Source: Candidatus Multivorans sp.
GTDB taxonomy: Bacteria; Acidobacteriota; Thermoanaerobaculia; Multivoradales; Multivoraceae
NCBI GenBank assembly: GCA_965247095.1
Contig: OZ251997.1
Span: forward strand, 3,296,001 to 3,360,000
Direction: 5' to 3'
DNA: 64,000 bases
The position numbers and the translations under genes were made by a program. Below are positions 32,611 to 50,032 of the stretch, piece by piece. The notes below the pieces were generated by a model. That model saw nothing but the letters and a program-made list of their open reading frames with translations. It was not told where the DNA came from and searched no databases. Position 1 is the first letter of the stretch. Each line of letters opens with the position of its first letter.

Positions 32611-34410
32611 GTGCCACGGCGTTCGAGGCTTACCGACGAGGCGTTGGACGCCGTGCGCGAGGCGATCGACATCGTCGACGTCGCCAGCGAGCACACGAAG
32701 GTCGAGCGCCGGGGCCAGCGCTTCATCGCGCTCTGCCCGTTCCACAAGGAGAAGACGCCGTCGCTGTCGCTGGACCCCGAGCGGAAGCTGTACTACTGCT
32801 TCGGCTGCGGCGCCGGCGGCGATGCCCTCGGCCTGCACATGGAACTGACGGGAGACAACTTCGCCACTGCAATCGAACACTTCGCCAACCGCTACGGGGT
32901 CCCGTTGCCGCGGGCGGCGCCGGGCCCGGGCGAGGACGGACGGGTGGACCGGTCCGAGCGCATCCAGGCCGCCCTCGATGCCGCCTACGATTTCTTTCGC
33001 GGCAAGCTGCGCACCGAGGCGCTGCCGCAGGACTACCTGCGCCGGCGCAAGGTGCCGCCTGCGTTGATCTCGCGGTTCGGTGTCGGCTTTGCGCCGGATG
33101 GATGGCAGGCTCTGGTGCACGACCTCGGCCGTCGCATGGAGGTGTCCGACCTGGAGGCTGCGGGTCTGATCGCGCGCAGTCCCAAGAACCCGGATCGCCC
33201 CTACGACCGGTTCCGGAACCGGTTGATGTTCCCCATCCGGTCGCCGTCGGGCCGTCTGCTGGCGTTCGGCGGCAGGACCCTGGGCGACGACCAGGCGAAG
33301 TACGTCAACACGAACGAGACCGACCACTTCCGCAAGGGCACCCTGCTCTACGGTCTCGACGCGGCGCGCCGCGGCATCCGCGAGCAGGGCCGCGTCCTCC
33401 TGGTGGAGGGCTACTTCGACGTGATCGGCGCGGTCGCGTCCGGTATCGACTGGGTGGTGGCGAGCATGGGGACGTCATTGACCGGGCAACAGGTGCGGCT
33501 GCTGTCCCGGTACACGGACGAGGTCGTGCTCGGCTACGACGGCGACCGGGCCGGCATCGAGGCGGCGCAGAAGGCGGCGGCCCTGATGCTCGGCGCCGGA
33601 CTCGCGGTCCTTCGCGCCCGTTTTCCGGCCGGCCAGGATCCGGACTCGCTACGGCTCGACGAGGGGCCTGAGGCGGTACGGAGCATCGTCGATGAGGCCC
33701 GGGACGCGGTGGCGCTGGAGATCGACGATCTGCCGAGCCGGGGCGAGCTCGATCCCCGGCTGAGAGCCCGGGAAGCCTCGCGGGTGCGGGTGCTGATCGA
33801 CCAGGTCAAGGATCCGATTGCGCGCGGAGGCTACTTCGAGCATGCGGCCGAGCGCCTGGGAGTCAAGGTGGAGGTGCTAGTGCGTGAATCGGGCGGTGCC
33901 GCGGAGCGGCCTCAAGGTCCCGTCGCGGAGGGGGCGCCGGTGGGCCGGAGGCCCCGGGCCACGTCCTCGATCGAAGAGCAGGTGCTGCGCCTGATCATCG
34001 CCGCCCCGTCGCTGGCCGGTATCGACTGGCCTGACTCGGACGCCTTTTTCGATCCGGCCCTGCGCACCATCTATCGAGCCGTCAGAGAGCAGGCCAAGGC
34101 GGGTACTGAACCGATCGACTCGTCGTCGCTGGTCGGGGTCCTGGGGCGGCGCTCCGGCGCCGGTGACGAGACCGGCATACCTGTTGACCGCATCGCCAGC
34201 CTTTTGTTACAACGGTCGTCTGCCTTCTCTGCACAGGAGCTCCGAATCAGTCTCGCCGAGGTGGGTCGGCGCTTCGCCAGACAGCGACTCCACCTGCTCG
34301 CCCGGGAGATCAATCTCGCCCAGCGCGAGGGCGACCTGGAGACCCTGCACCGCAAGATCGAAGAGAAGCAGAAGCTCAGCCATGACCTCTACCGCCAGCC
34401 CAGAGATTGA
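32611..34410 (+). CDS. dnaG: DNA primase
   Basis: CPFHKEKTPS..CFGC zinc finger, DRFRNRLMFPI, TOPRIM VEGYFDV, YDGD and DPD. Confidence 0.96.
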   Translation: MPRRSRLTDEALDAVREAIDIVDVASEHTKVERRGQRFIALCPFHKEKTPSLSLDPERKLYYCFGCGAGGDALGLHMELTGDNFATAIEHFANRYGVPLPRAAPGPGEDGRVDRSERIQAALDAAYDFFRGKLRTEALPQDYLRRRKVPPALISRFGVGFAPDGWQALVHDLGRRMEVSDLEAAGLIARSPKNPDRPYDRFRNRLMFPIRSPSGRLLAFGGRTLGDDQAKYVNTNETDHFRKGTLLYGLDAARRGIREQGRVLLVEGYFDVIGAVASGIDWVVASMGTSLTGQQVRLLSRYTDEVVLGYDGDRAGIEAAQKAAALMLGAGLAVLRARFPAGQDPDSLRLDEGPEAVRSIVDEARDAVALEIDDLPSRGELDPRLRAREASRVRVLIDQVKDPIARGGYFEHAAERLGVKVEVLVRESGGAAERPQGPVAEGAPVGRRPRATSSIEEQVLRLIIAAPSLAGIDWPDSDAFFDPALRTIYRAVREQAKAGTEPIDSSSLVGVLGRRSGAGDETGIPVDRIASLLLQRSSAFSAQELRISLAEVGRRFARQRLHLLAREINLAQREGDLETLHRKIEEKQKLSHDLYRQPRD

Positions 34411-34419
34411 GGGCGTGGC

Positions 34420-36144
<1,725 letters not shown>

Positions 36145-36167
36145 CAGCTCGAGCGGTACGTGGCCGA

Positions 36168-36197
36168 TTGACAGTCGGCTCGGAGCCTCCCTAAGAT
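36168..36197 (+). promoter_or_regulatory. sigma70 promoter for tRNA-Asn
   Basis: TTGACA-N18-TAAGAT. Confidence 0.65.
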
Positions 36198-36240
36198 CAG
36201 CTCCATGTCGCCCGCTGTCGCCTGTGAGCCGGCGGATTCT

Positions 36241-36315
36241 TCCTCGGTAGCTCAACGGTAGAGCGTTCGGCTGTTAACCGAAATGTTGGGGGTTCGAATC
36301 CCTCCCGAGGAGCCA
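36241..36315 (+). tRNA. tRNA-Asn(GTT)
   Basis: Acceptor TCCTCGG/CCGAGGA, anticodon loop CTGTTAA, GTTCGAAT T-loop and encoded CCA. Confidence 0.96.
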
Positions 36316-36379
36316 TGGTTCGCGGCTTTGGCGGTGACGCGGGATCGCCTCTCGCGCGGGGTCGTGTGAGGTAGAAGAG

Positions 36380-37969
<1,590 letters not shown>

Positions 37970-37998
37970 CTGTCGCGAGGACCGGTAAGGAGAATCGG

Positions 37999-39942
<1,944 letters not shown>

Positions 39943-39978
39943 ACCGCGGCGGCAGGCGGCTACACTCTGAGCCGGAAC

Positions 39979-41196
39979 ATGGCCGCGAATCCAGACGATC
40001 CGATCCGCGATTCCAGGACGCCGATCCGGGTCCTGGTGGTCGCTGCCTGCGTGGTGGTGCTGGTGGCGGGTCTCCGGGCAGCGTCCTCGGTCATCGAGCC
40101 GTTCCTGATCGCGCTCTTCGTGGTCATCCTCAGCCTGCCGGTGCTGTTCTGGCTCAAGCAGCGCCTGCCGGCGATGCTGGCCGTCCTCGGCACGATCCTG
40201 ATGGACATCGCCGTGCTGGCGGCGGCCGGCTCCCTGGTCGGGACGACCGTCAACCAGCTCACGGGCGACATGGACAAGTACCAGGGGAGGCTGACGGAAC
40301 TGATCGACGACGGCTCGGCGTGGCTGGAGGAGCGCGGCCTTCAGCCCGAGTGGCTGTCGTCCCCGGCCGGGGAGGGGGCTGCCGCTGGTGAAGCCGACGT
40401 CGATACAACAGCGGAGAGCGGCGGTGAGACGGTGGCGGCTACGGCCCCCCGACCGGTTCCAGACGGCGCCGGCGAGGGCCCGGAGTTGCCGGGGTTGCTG
40501 TCGCGCTTCGATTCCAGTCTGCTCGTTGACTTCGCGAACCAGGCGCTGCGCTACACGGCGACCGCGTTCTCGTCGCTGCTGATCATCGCCCTGATCGTGG
40601 TCTTCATGCTGTTCGAGGCCGCGACCTTCCGCTCCAAAGTGCGGATCGCCTTCACGGGCGCCGGCGCCGAGGAACGGTTCTCCCGCGTCATGTACGAGAT
40701 CCAGCACTACATCGGCATCAAGACGGTGGTCAGCGCCGCCACCGGACTGCTGATCGGAGTCTGGGTCGGCGTGCTGGGAGTGGACTTCGCGATCTTCTGG
40801 GGTCTGGTCGCCTTCGTCCTGAACTTCATCCCGAACTTGGGCTCGATCATCGCGGCCGTGCCGACCACGCTGCTGGCGATGGTTCAGATCGGCGTCGGCC
40901 GGGGACTTCTGGTAGCCCTTGGTTACCTGATCGTGAACATGGTGATCGGCAATTTCATCGAGCCGCACCTGATGGGCCGCCGGCTCGGTCTCTCGACCCT
41001 GGTCGTCGTCCTCTCCCTCGTGTTCTGGGGCTGGGTCTGGGGGCCGATCGGGATGCTGCTGTCCGTGCCGCTGACCATGGTGGTCAAGATCATGCTCGAG
41101 AACACGGAGGAGTTCCGCTGGGTCGCGGTGCTGCTCGGCGACAGCAGGGAAGCGGAACGCCTGGCGCCGGCGTCCGGCGGGGAGGGGAAGGAATGA
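39979..41196 (+). CDS. AI-2E family transporter
   Basis: Multi-TM protein with LNFIPNLGS, GNFIEPHLMG..LGLS and WGWVWGPIGMLLSVPLT. Confidence 0.88.
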   Translation: MAANPDDPIRDSRTPIRVLVVAACVVVLVAGLRAASSVIEPFLIALFVVILSLPVLFWLKQRLPAMLAVLGTILMDIAVLAAAGSLVGTTVNQLTGDMDKYQGRLTELIDDGSAWLEERGLQPEWLSSPAGEGAAAGEADVDTTAESGGETVAATAPRPVPDGAGEGPELPGLLSRFDSSLLVDFANQALRYTATAFSSLLIIALIVVFMLFEAATFRSKVRIAFTGAGAEERFSRVMYEIQHYIGIKTVVSAATGLLIGVWVGVLGVDFAIFWGLVAFVLNFIPNLGSIIAAVPTTLLAMVQIGVGRGLLVALGYLIVNMVIGNFIEPHLMGRRLGLSTLVVVLSLVFWGWVWGPIGMLLSVPLTMVVKIMLENTEEFRWVAVLLGDSREAERLAPASGGEGKE

Positions 41197-42364
41197 GCCC
41201 GATCGCCCATGTTCTTGGGATCGTCGTTCTCGTCGCGCTCCCACTCCCGACGGCCGCCTTCACGCAAAGTGAAGTGCTCGACAACGAGGACATCGTCAAC
41301 CTCACCAACGCCGGCTTACCGGCGGTGGTCATCGTGGCCAAGATCGAATCGACCGCTACCGCGTTCGATACCAGCGCGGAGAAACTGGTGGCCCTCGCCG
41401 AGGCCGGCGTGCACGCCGACGTGCTGGCGGCGATGGCGAAGGCGACGCCGTCGGCGGCCGCGACAACCGAACCGCCGGCCGACGCCACGGTCAGGGATAC
41501 GGTGCGGGAGCAGCGGCGGAACCCGCCTGTGGCGCCGCCGCGTGCTGAGCCGGAACCGGTCTCGCGTACGTCCTGGCAGGTCGGGGCGAGGTTCTCGGAC
41601 GCGCTCAACTCCGGTGGCCGCGGGCCGGAGATGGTTGTCATTCCGGCCGGCCGGTTCTACATGGGCTGCGTGTCGGGTATTGGCTGCAGCAACCGCGAGA
41701 GCCGATCCGCGACGTGTCCTTCGCGCAACCGTTCGCGGTGTCGATCCACGAAGTGACGCTGGATGAGTACGACCGCTTCACGGCTGCTACCGGCCGCCCG
41801 CAGGTGGACGACGGGGGTTGGGGACGAGGCCGCCGTCCGGCACTGAACGTCTCCTGGTCGGACGCTCAGGAGTACCTGGCCTGGCTGTCGCGGGAGACCG
41901 GCGGCGCCTACCGGTTGTTGAGTGAGGCGGAATGGGAGTACGTGGCGCGTGCCGGATCGACTACGCAGTTCCACTTCGGCGACCATCCCGTGGAGCTCTG
42001 CCGTTACGCGAACCATGCAGACATCAGCCTTCCCGAGAACGTCGAGTGGCGGAACACGTTGTGCTCGGACCGCATCGCCCTTGAGACGGCCGAAGTGGGG
42101 ATCTACGCGCCGAACCCGTGGGGCCTTCACGACACGCACGGCAACGTGTGGGAATGGGTCGAAGACTGCTGGAACGGGAGCTACGAGGACTCGCCCACCG
42201 ACGGCAGCGCCTGGACTCAGGGCGACTGCTCCCGGCGGGTCCTGCGCGGCGGTTCCTGGAACAACCGACCGGCCCTTCTCCGTGCCGCGGGCCGGAACGG
42301 TGTCGGTGTCGGCGAGCGCGGTCTGAACATCGGCCTTCGTGTTGCGCGGACGCTGGTTCCCTGA
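41193..42364 (+). pseudogene. secreted FGE-sulfatase (SUMF1)-like protein split by a frameshift near 41700
   Basis: Frame 1 ends ...GPEMVVIPAGRFYMGCVSG. Frame 2 continues PIRDVSFAQPFAVSIHEVT, RLLSEAEWEY, NPWGLHDTHGNVWEW and RGGSW. Confidence 0.75.
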
Positions 42365-42432
42365 GCGCGGCCATCGACACGAGGCGGTGCGCCTGAGCTG
42401 CCTGTGTACGAGGTAGGCGGCGGGGCCCGGCT

Positions 42433-43179
42433 CTAGAGCAGTCCGGGGATGACCGCTCGGCGGCGCCCCGGATAGCCGGCGAACCTCTCCTGGTACCAAC
42501 GGTGCCGCCAGAGGGCCCGCGGGATCAGATTGGCGGTGGTCCACAGCGCGAACGCCAGCCCCGGCAGGGACCAGCTCATCAGGGCGAAGCCGGTCCACTC
42601 GACGATCTCCCCGGCCAGATTGGGGCAGGAGACGAGTTCGAAGGCGCCGCCCCGCGGCAGGACGGCGCCGCCGGAGGCCTTCGCCCGCAGAGCGGCGAGC
42701 CGGTAGTCGGTAACGATGTTCAGGGCCGCCCCGAGGACGAAGAGCGCGGCGCCGACCGCGAAGCGCGGGTCGGAAAACCAGTCTTGCGGGTAGTCGGCGA
42801 TGCGGGCCACGAACCAACCCAGGAACACGCCGTTGACGAGGTTGAAGCCGAAGCCGGCAGCGGCCGTGATGGTTGGGAACGGTCGGGCCTGGCGCTGGAC
42901 GATCCATGGCCACACCAGTGTGCGGTGGGTGTAGTGGGCAAGCCATGCGGCGACCAGGACGTCGCCAACCGCGTGACGCTCAGCGGCCGCGAGGTAGACG
43001 ACCGGGAACACCGCCAAGGCTGACAGTTCCATGAGGAGCCAACCCCAGCGCGGGTCGAGATTCGGCCCCCAGGCCTGAGCCCCTAACCGCCCGGTCCGGT
43101 CCTTTCCCAGCAGAGCGTAAACCAGCACGGGCACGGTCAGCCCGCACCAGATCAGGGCGGCGGGTGTGAACCAGGACAT
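42433..43179 (-). CDS. 3-oxo-5-alpha-steroid 4-dehydrogenase (steroid 5-alpha-reductase)-like membrane protein
   Basis: GWLLME, HYTHRT, FNLVNG, DPRF, PRGGAFELVSCPNLAGEIVEW and RA..HRWY..RF..YP. Confidence 0.85.
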   Translation of the reverse strand: MSWFTPAALIWCGLTVPVLVYALLGKDRTGRLGAQAWGPNLDPRWGWLLMELSALAVFPVVYLAAAERHAVGDVLVAAWLAHYTHRTLVWPWIVQRQARPFPTITAAAGFGFNLVNGVFLGWFVARIADYPQDWFSDPRFAVGAALFVLGAALNIVTDYRLAALRAKASGGAVLPRGGAFELVSCPNLAGEIVEWTGFALMSWSLPGLAFALWTTANLIPRALWRHRWYQERFAGYPGRRRAVIPGLL

Positions 43180-43196
43180 TGGAACGGTCGAAAGGC

Positions 43197-43586
43197 TCAG
43201 GCTGGAGACACAACCGTGAGACCGGCATCGGCGGCGGCGTCCCGAAGTCGCCGGTCGTAGGTCACGAGAGCGTCGAGCCCGTCCAGGGAGAGGGCGGTGG
43301 CGAGGTGGATGGCGTCGAGACTGCGGAGACCGGGCGGATCCAGCGACGCCGCCTGGGCCAGGATTCGCTCGTCTAACGCAACCAGGCTCATCCTCGACAC
43401 GATCCGCTTTGCGTGCAGCAACGCTAGCGGCGGCTTGTGCGCCCGGCGCAAGGCTCGCAACACCTCGACGCGAGCGAGTTTGCTGGAGACGTGCTCCTTG
43501 TGTTCCGCCAGATAGATTTGGAGCGCGTCCGACTCCAGTTCCGTCAGGACGAGCTTGACGATCGCAGAGGAGTCCAGATAGAGCAC
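43197..43586 (-). CDS. vapC: VapC PIN-domain toxin
   Basis: [23 protein letters not shown] and VTYDRRL. Confidence 0.9.
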   Translation of the reverse strand: MLYLDSSAIVKLVLTELESDALQIYLAEHKEHVSSKLARVEVLRALRRAHKPPLALLHAKRIVSRMSLVALDERILAQAASLDPPGLRSLDAIHLATALSLDGLDALVTYDRRLRDAAADAGLTVVSPA

Positions 43587-43607
43587 AGGCCGGCAGCGAG
43601 GAGCGGG

Positions 43608-43910
43608 CTAGCTCAACTGGAGTCTGTCCTCGCGGTCTGCCAGCAGAGCATCGCTGACGTCCGTCGACGGCTCGCCCGGCAGCGGCGGCAGATCGAGCAG
43701 GTTTCCCACCGGCCTGGTCGCCCGTCCCTCGGCGATGAGGCGTTCAAGCGGCGACAGGTTGTCGGCGAGCGGCAGGAGCAGGCCCACCGGCCGCCCCCGG
43801 TCCGTGACCTCGAAGCGCTCGCCATGCCGAATGCGGCGGATGTAGACACTGAGGTTCTGCCGCAGTGCGCGGATGCCGACCTTGGTTGTCTTCGAAGCTG
43901 GCTCGGTCAT
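43608..43910 (-). CDS. Phd/YefM-family antitoxin
   Basis: [27 protein letters not shown], directly upstream of vapC. Confidence 0.88.
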   Translation of the reverse strand: MTEPASKTTKVGIRALRQNLSVYIRRIRHGERFEVTDRGRPVGLLLPLADNLSPLERLIAEGRATRPVGNLLDLPPLPGEPSTDVSDALLADREDRLQLS

Positions 43911-43915
43911 GGTGA

Positions 43916-43941
43916 CGCACACGGTAGCACATTGGTGTGCG
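43916..43941 (-). promoter_or_regulatory. putative TA operator over an extended -10
   Basis: Inverted repeat CGCACAC-N12-GTGTGCG overlapping minus-strand TGcTACCGT just upstream of the antitoxin start. Confidence 0.45.
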
Positions 43942-43980
43942 AAGACTCGGCGACGCTAGCGAGACGCCGTTTCCTCATGA

Positions 43981-44032
43981 TTGACACACCGCCTTCCCGT
44001 GCTAGTCTCCGAATCGGGACTGTCCGGGTCCC
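43981..44032 (+). promoter_or_regulatory. suf operon promoter and candidate Rrf2 operator
   Basis: TTGACA-N16-TAGTCT with TG extension, followed by GGGAC-N7-GTCCC (44016-44032). Confidence 0.5.
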
Positions 44033-44055
44033 CGTTCGCCGACGACACAACCGTC

Positions 44056-44516
44056 ATGATCCGACTGACCAAGCAAGCCGACTACGGCATCGTCCTAGTG
44101 ACCCAGCTCGCGCAGACCGGTCAGGCCCCTGCCGCCGAACTGGCGGTGCAGACGCACCTGCCGGCGCCCATGGTCAGCAAGATCCTGAAGTTGCTGGCGA
44201 GGTCCGGGCTGCTGGCCTCCCACCGCGGCGTGCGGGGAGGCTACGAGCTGCCGTGCTCGGCGGCCGAGATCAGCATCGCCGACGTGATCCTCGCGCTCGA
44301 AGGGCCGATCGCACTGACCGAGTGCAGCGAGCACTCCGACCACGAGTGCTCCTACGAGGCGTTCTGCCGTGTGAGGGAGAACTGGCAGCGCATCAACCAG
44401 GCGGTGCGGGGCGCGCTCGAGGACATCACGATCGCAGACATGGCGCGGCCGAACTTCATGGCCGGAACGGCCACCCCGTCCGCCGAACCCCTGATTTCGC
44501 TGAGGAGCAGTTCCTG

Positions 44517-44517
<1 letters not shown>
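44056..44517 (+). CDS. Rrf2-family SUF system regulator
   Basis: [20 protein letters not shown] and [13 protein letters not shown] (three Cys). Confidence 0.9.
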
Positions 44518-45965
<1,448 letters not shown>

Positions 45966-46044
45966 CCGATCGGAGCAGCCGACAGTCGGAACCCCCAACG
46001 CGGCGCACCGGCTCTGCCCGACCGCCGCACGGAGAGATACAGCA

Positions 46045-46800
<756 letters not shown>

Positions 46801-46825
46801 GCCGGGGGATGGCGAGGACCGAACC

Positions 46826-48205
46826 GTGACCGTCGAAGCAACCAAGAGCACCACCAGCGCTCCCTACCTGGACTTGTTCGCCCGCCGGGGCGAACGGGCC
46901 GGCGAAGCGGAGCGCGTACAGACGCTGCGGCGTGAAGCGATCGAGCGCTTTGAGGCGACCGGATTCCCCGGCCGCGGCAACGAGGACTGGCGGCAGACGA
47001 ACGTCGGCCGGCTGGTGCGCGCGGCGCCGGCCCTGGCCTCGCCACGGGCGCTGGAAGCGGTGGAGTTGCAGCCGTACCTCTACCCGGGCTGCGACCGGTT
47101 GGTGTTCGTGAACGGCCGCTACGACGAGGTGCTGTCCTCGCCGCCGGCCCAGGGTACAGCGGCCGCCATCGCCGGTCTGCCGGCGGCGGGCCGCGCCGCG
47201 GAGGTCGTGGCGGAGCACCTGGGCACGGCGGTCGATGGCCGCGCCTCCTGCAGCGCGGACGCCGGCGTGCATCCGTTCGCGGCCCTCAACACCGCCCTGT
47301 TCGAGGACGGCGCGGTAATCGAGATCCCGGCGGGCGTGGTGCTCGAACGGCCGCTCCATGTGCTCTGGCTCAGCGCTCCCGGGGCCGGCGATGCCGCGGC
47401 CGAAACGGTCGAGGTCAGCTTCCCGCGCCTGCTGGTGCTCGCCGGTGAGAACAGCCAGGCGTCGATCATCGAGACGTTTGCCGCTGTCGGCGCCGGCGCC
47501 GGGCGCTACTTCGTATGCCCGGCGGCGGAGATCGTCTGCGAGGCCGGGGCGGTGCTCCACCACACCAGGCTTCAGGCCGATGCGCTCTCCGCGTTCCACC
47601 TCGCCTTCCAGCACGCGCGGGTCGGGCGCAGCGCGGCGTTCGACTCCTCGTCCCTCGCCTTCGGCGGGGGTTTGGTGCGCAACGACACCGTCGCCCTGCT
47701 CGATGGCGAGGGCGCCGACTGCACCTTGGACGGTCTGTACGTCGCCAGCGGCTCGCAGTTCATGGACAACCACATGCGAGTCGAGCACCGGCAGCCCAAC
47801 GGGACCAGCCACCAGCTCTACAAGGGCGTCCTCGACGACCGCGCGCGCTCGGTGTTCAACGGCCGCATCTATGTTCATCGGGCGGCGCAGAAGACGGACG
47901 CCAAGCAGACGAACCGCAACCTCCTGCTCTCAAAGAGCGCGCTCGCCAACAGCAACCCCCAGCTCGAGATCTTCGCCGACGACGTGCGCTGCACCCACGG
48001 TTCGACGATCGGCCGCCTGGACGAGGAAGCGCTCTTCTACCTGCGCTCCCGCGGTATCGACCGGGACGCCGCGTACCGTATGCTGGTGTACGCGTTCGCC
48101 CGCGAGCTGGTCGAGAAGGCGTCCTTCGAGCCGCTGCGGCAGGACCTGGAAGGTCGACTGTTCGCCAGCCTGAACGGCAGCTCAGGCAACGGGCGCGGAG
48201 AGTAG
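46826..48205 (+). CDS. sufD: Fe-S assembly protein SufD
   Basis: EDWRQT, AQKTDA, PQLEIFADDVRCTHG and FYLRSRGI. Confidence 0.95.
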   Translation: MTVEATKSTTSAPYLDLFARRGERAGEAERVQTLRREAIERFEATGFPGRGNEDWRQTNVGRLVRAAPALASPRALEAVELQPYLYPGCDRLVFVNGRYDEVLSSPPAQGTAAAIAGLPAAGRAAEVVAEHLGTAVDGRASCSADAGVHPFAALNTALFEDGAVIEIPAGVVLERPLHVLWLSAPGAGDAAAETVEVSFPRLLVLAGENSQASIIETFAAVGAGAGRYFVCPAAEIVCEAGAVLHHTRLQADALSAFHLAFQHARVGRSAAFDSSSLAFGGGLVRNDTVALLDGEGADCTLDGLYVASGSQFMDNHMRVEHRQPNGTSHQLYKGVLDDRARSVFNGRIYVHRAAQKTDAKQTNRNLLLSKSALANSNPQLEIFADDVRCTHGSTIGRLDEEALFYLRSRGIDRDAAYRMLVYAFARELVEKASFEPLRQDLEGRLFASLNGSSGNGRGE

Positions 48206-48209
48206 GCGG

Positions 48210-49517
48210 ATGCCGGCCCCGGCGCTAGCGGCAGAGCGGCAGCGGCCGGCTGTGGCCAGCGGCGCAGCCGCCGGCACGGCGGGCGGCTTCGACGTGGAGC
48301 GGCTGCGCGCGCAGTTTCCGATCCTCGCGCAGGAAGTCCACGGCCACCCGCTCGTCTACCTCGACAACGCCGCCAGCTCCCAGCGTCCGGAAGCGGTGAT
48401 CGAGGCGGTCAGCGACTGCTACCGCACCTACTACGCCAACGCCCACCGCGGCGTCCACGCGCTCTCTGAGCGCTCGACGGATGAGTACGAAGCGGCCCGC
48501 GGCAAGGTCGCCCGTTTCATCGGCGCCGCGGACAGCGGCGAGGTGATCTTCACCCGGGGCACCACCGAGAGCCTCAACCTGGTCGCCCAGAGCTACGCCC
48601 GGCCGCTGCTCCAGCCCGGCGACGAGGTGCTGCTCACCGAGATGGAGCACCACTCGAACATCGTCCCCTGGCAACTCGCCTGCGAGCAGACCGGGGCCCG
48701 GGTGCGGGCGGCGCCGATCACCGACGGCGGCGAACTCGACCTCGCGGCCATGGCCGACCTGATCACGGAGCGCACGAAGGTCGTCGCGGTGACCCACGTC
48801 TCCAACGCCCTCGGCACCGTGAACGACATCGCCGCCGTCGTCCGTCTGGCGCGCGCCCGCTCCAAGGCGGCCGTCGTCGTCGATGGGGCGCAGGCCGTGC
48901 CGCACATGGACGTCGACGTGTCCGCGCTCCGCTGCGACTTCTACGCCTTCTCCGGCCACAAGATGTACGGCCCCGGCGGCATCGGCGCGCTGTGGGGCCG
49001 CGGCGAGTTGCTGGCTTCGATGCCGCCCTACCACGGAGGCGGCGCGATGATCACGCGGGTGACCTTCGAACGCACCGAGTATGCCGCGCCGCCTCAACGG
49101 TTCGAGGCGGGCACGCCCGCCATCGCGCCGGCGATCGGGCTCGGCGTCGCGGTCGAATTCCTGGAGTCGATCGGCCTGGAGCGAATCGAGCAGCACGAGC
49201 AGGAGCTCCTTTCTCATAGTTTGGAACAACTGAACGATCTGCCCTGGGTGCGGGTGCTGGGGCAGAGCCCCGCTGGCGGCGGGTCGCGAGCCGCCGTCGT
49301 GTCCCTGGTGATCGACGGCGCACACCCCCACGATGCGGCAACGATCCTGGACGAGCAGGGGATCGCCATCCGCGCCGGCCACCACTGCGCCCAGCCGCTG
49401 ATGGAGCGGCTAGGCGTTCCGGCCACCGTGCGCGCCTCGTTCGGCATGTACAACACCCACGAGGAAGTCGACTTGCTTGCCTCTGGGCTGCACGAAGTGC
49501 GGCGGATCTTCGGCTGA
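48210..49517 (+). CDS. sufS: cysteine desulfurase SufS
   Basis: YLDNAAS, EHHSN, FSGHKMY, FEAGTP and RAGHHCA. Confidence 0.95.
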   Translation: MPAPALAAERQRPAVASGAAAGTAGGFDVERLRAQFPILAQEVHGHPLVYLDNAASSQRPEAVIEAVSDCYRTYYANAHRGVHALSERSTDEYEAARGKVARFIGAADSGEVIFTRGTTESLNLVAQSYARPLLQPGDEVLLTEMEHHSNIVPWQLACEQTGARVRAAPITDGGELDLAAMADLITERTKVVAVTHVSNALGTVNDIAAVVRLARARSKAAVVVDGAQAVPHMDVDVSALRCDFYAFSGHKMYGPGGIGALWGRGELLASMPPYHGGGAMITRVTFERTEYAAPPQRFEAGTPAIAPAIGLGVAVEFLESIGLERIEQHEQELLSHSLEQLNDLPWVRVLGQSPAGGGSRAAVVSLVIDGAHPHDAATILDEQGIAIRAGHHCAQPLMERLGVPATVRASFGMYNTHEEVDLLASGLHEVRRIFG

Positions 49518-49544
49518 AGGACGTAGGCTCGGAGCCTAAGGGCA

Positions 49545-49997
49545 ATGTCCGATCTCCGCGATCTCTACCAGCAGGTCATCCTCGACCACTACCGCGCGCC
49601 GCGAAACTTCGGCGCGCTGGAACCGGTGTCGAGCTGCGCCGAGGGCTACAACCCGTTGTGCGGCGACAAGGTCAAGGTCTACCTGAAGACCGACGGCAAC
49701 CGCGTCGAGGGCTTGAGCTTCGAAGGCGTGGGGTGTGCGATCTCTACCGCCTCGGCCTCGCTGATGACGGAGGCGGTGCTCGGGCTGGAACGCGCGCAGG
49801 CGGAGGCGCTGCTTTCGACCTTCCTGGGCCTGATGACCGGCGAGGGTGAACCGGTCGAGGGCGTCGAGCTCGGCAAACTGGAGGTTCTGAGCGGCGTGCG
49901 CGACTACCCGGTCCGGATCAAGTGCGCGACCCTGGCGTGGCATGCTCTACGCGCCGCGCTTAGAGGCGGCGACGCCGAGGCGATCTCCACCGAATGA
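49545..49997 (+). CDS. sufU: SufU sulfur acceptor
   Basis: LYQQVILDHY, NPLCGD, GCAIS and RIKCATLAW. Confidence 0.93.
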   Translation: MSDLRDLYQQVILDHYRAPRNFGALEPVSSCAEGYNPLCGDKVKVYLKTDGNRVEGLSFEGVGCAISTASASLMTEAVLGLERAQAEALLSTFLGLMTGEGEPVEGVELGKLEVLSGVRDYPVRIKCATLAWHALRAALRGGDAEAISTE

Positions 49998-50032
49998 GAT
50001 GGCCGCGTTGAGGCAGAACGGAGGAACCGACA

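Noticed and set aside
40358-40500. Extra domain in the AI-2E transporter
   Set aside because: It is a low-complexity Ala/Glu/Gly/Pro linker. Similar short insertions occur in ThrB, MutS2 and Wzt here.
41714-42364. Diversity-generating retroelement target (FGE/CLec fold)
   Set aside because: No reverse transcriptase and no second copy of the 3' region (template repeat) were seen in this window. A remote DGR cannot be excluded.
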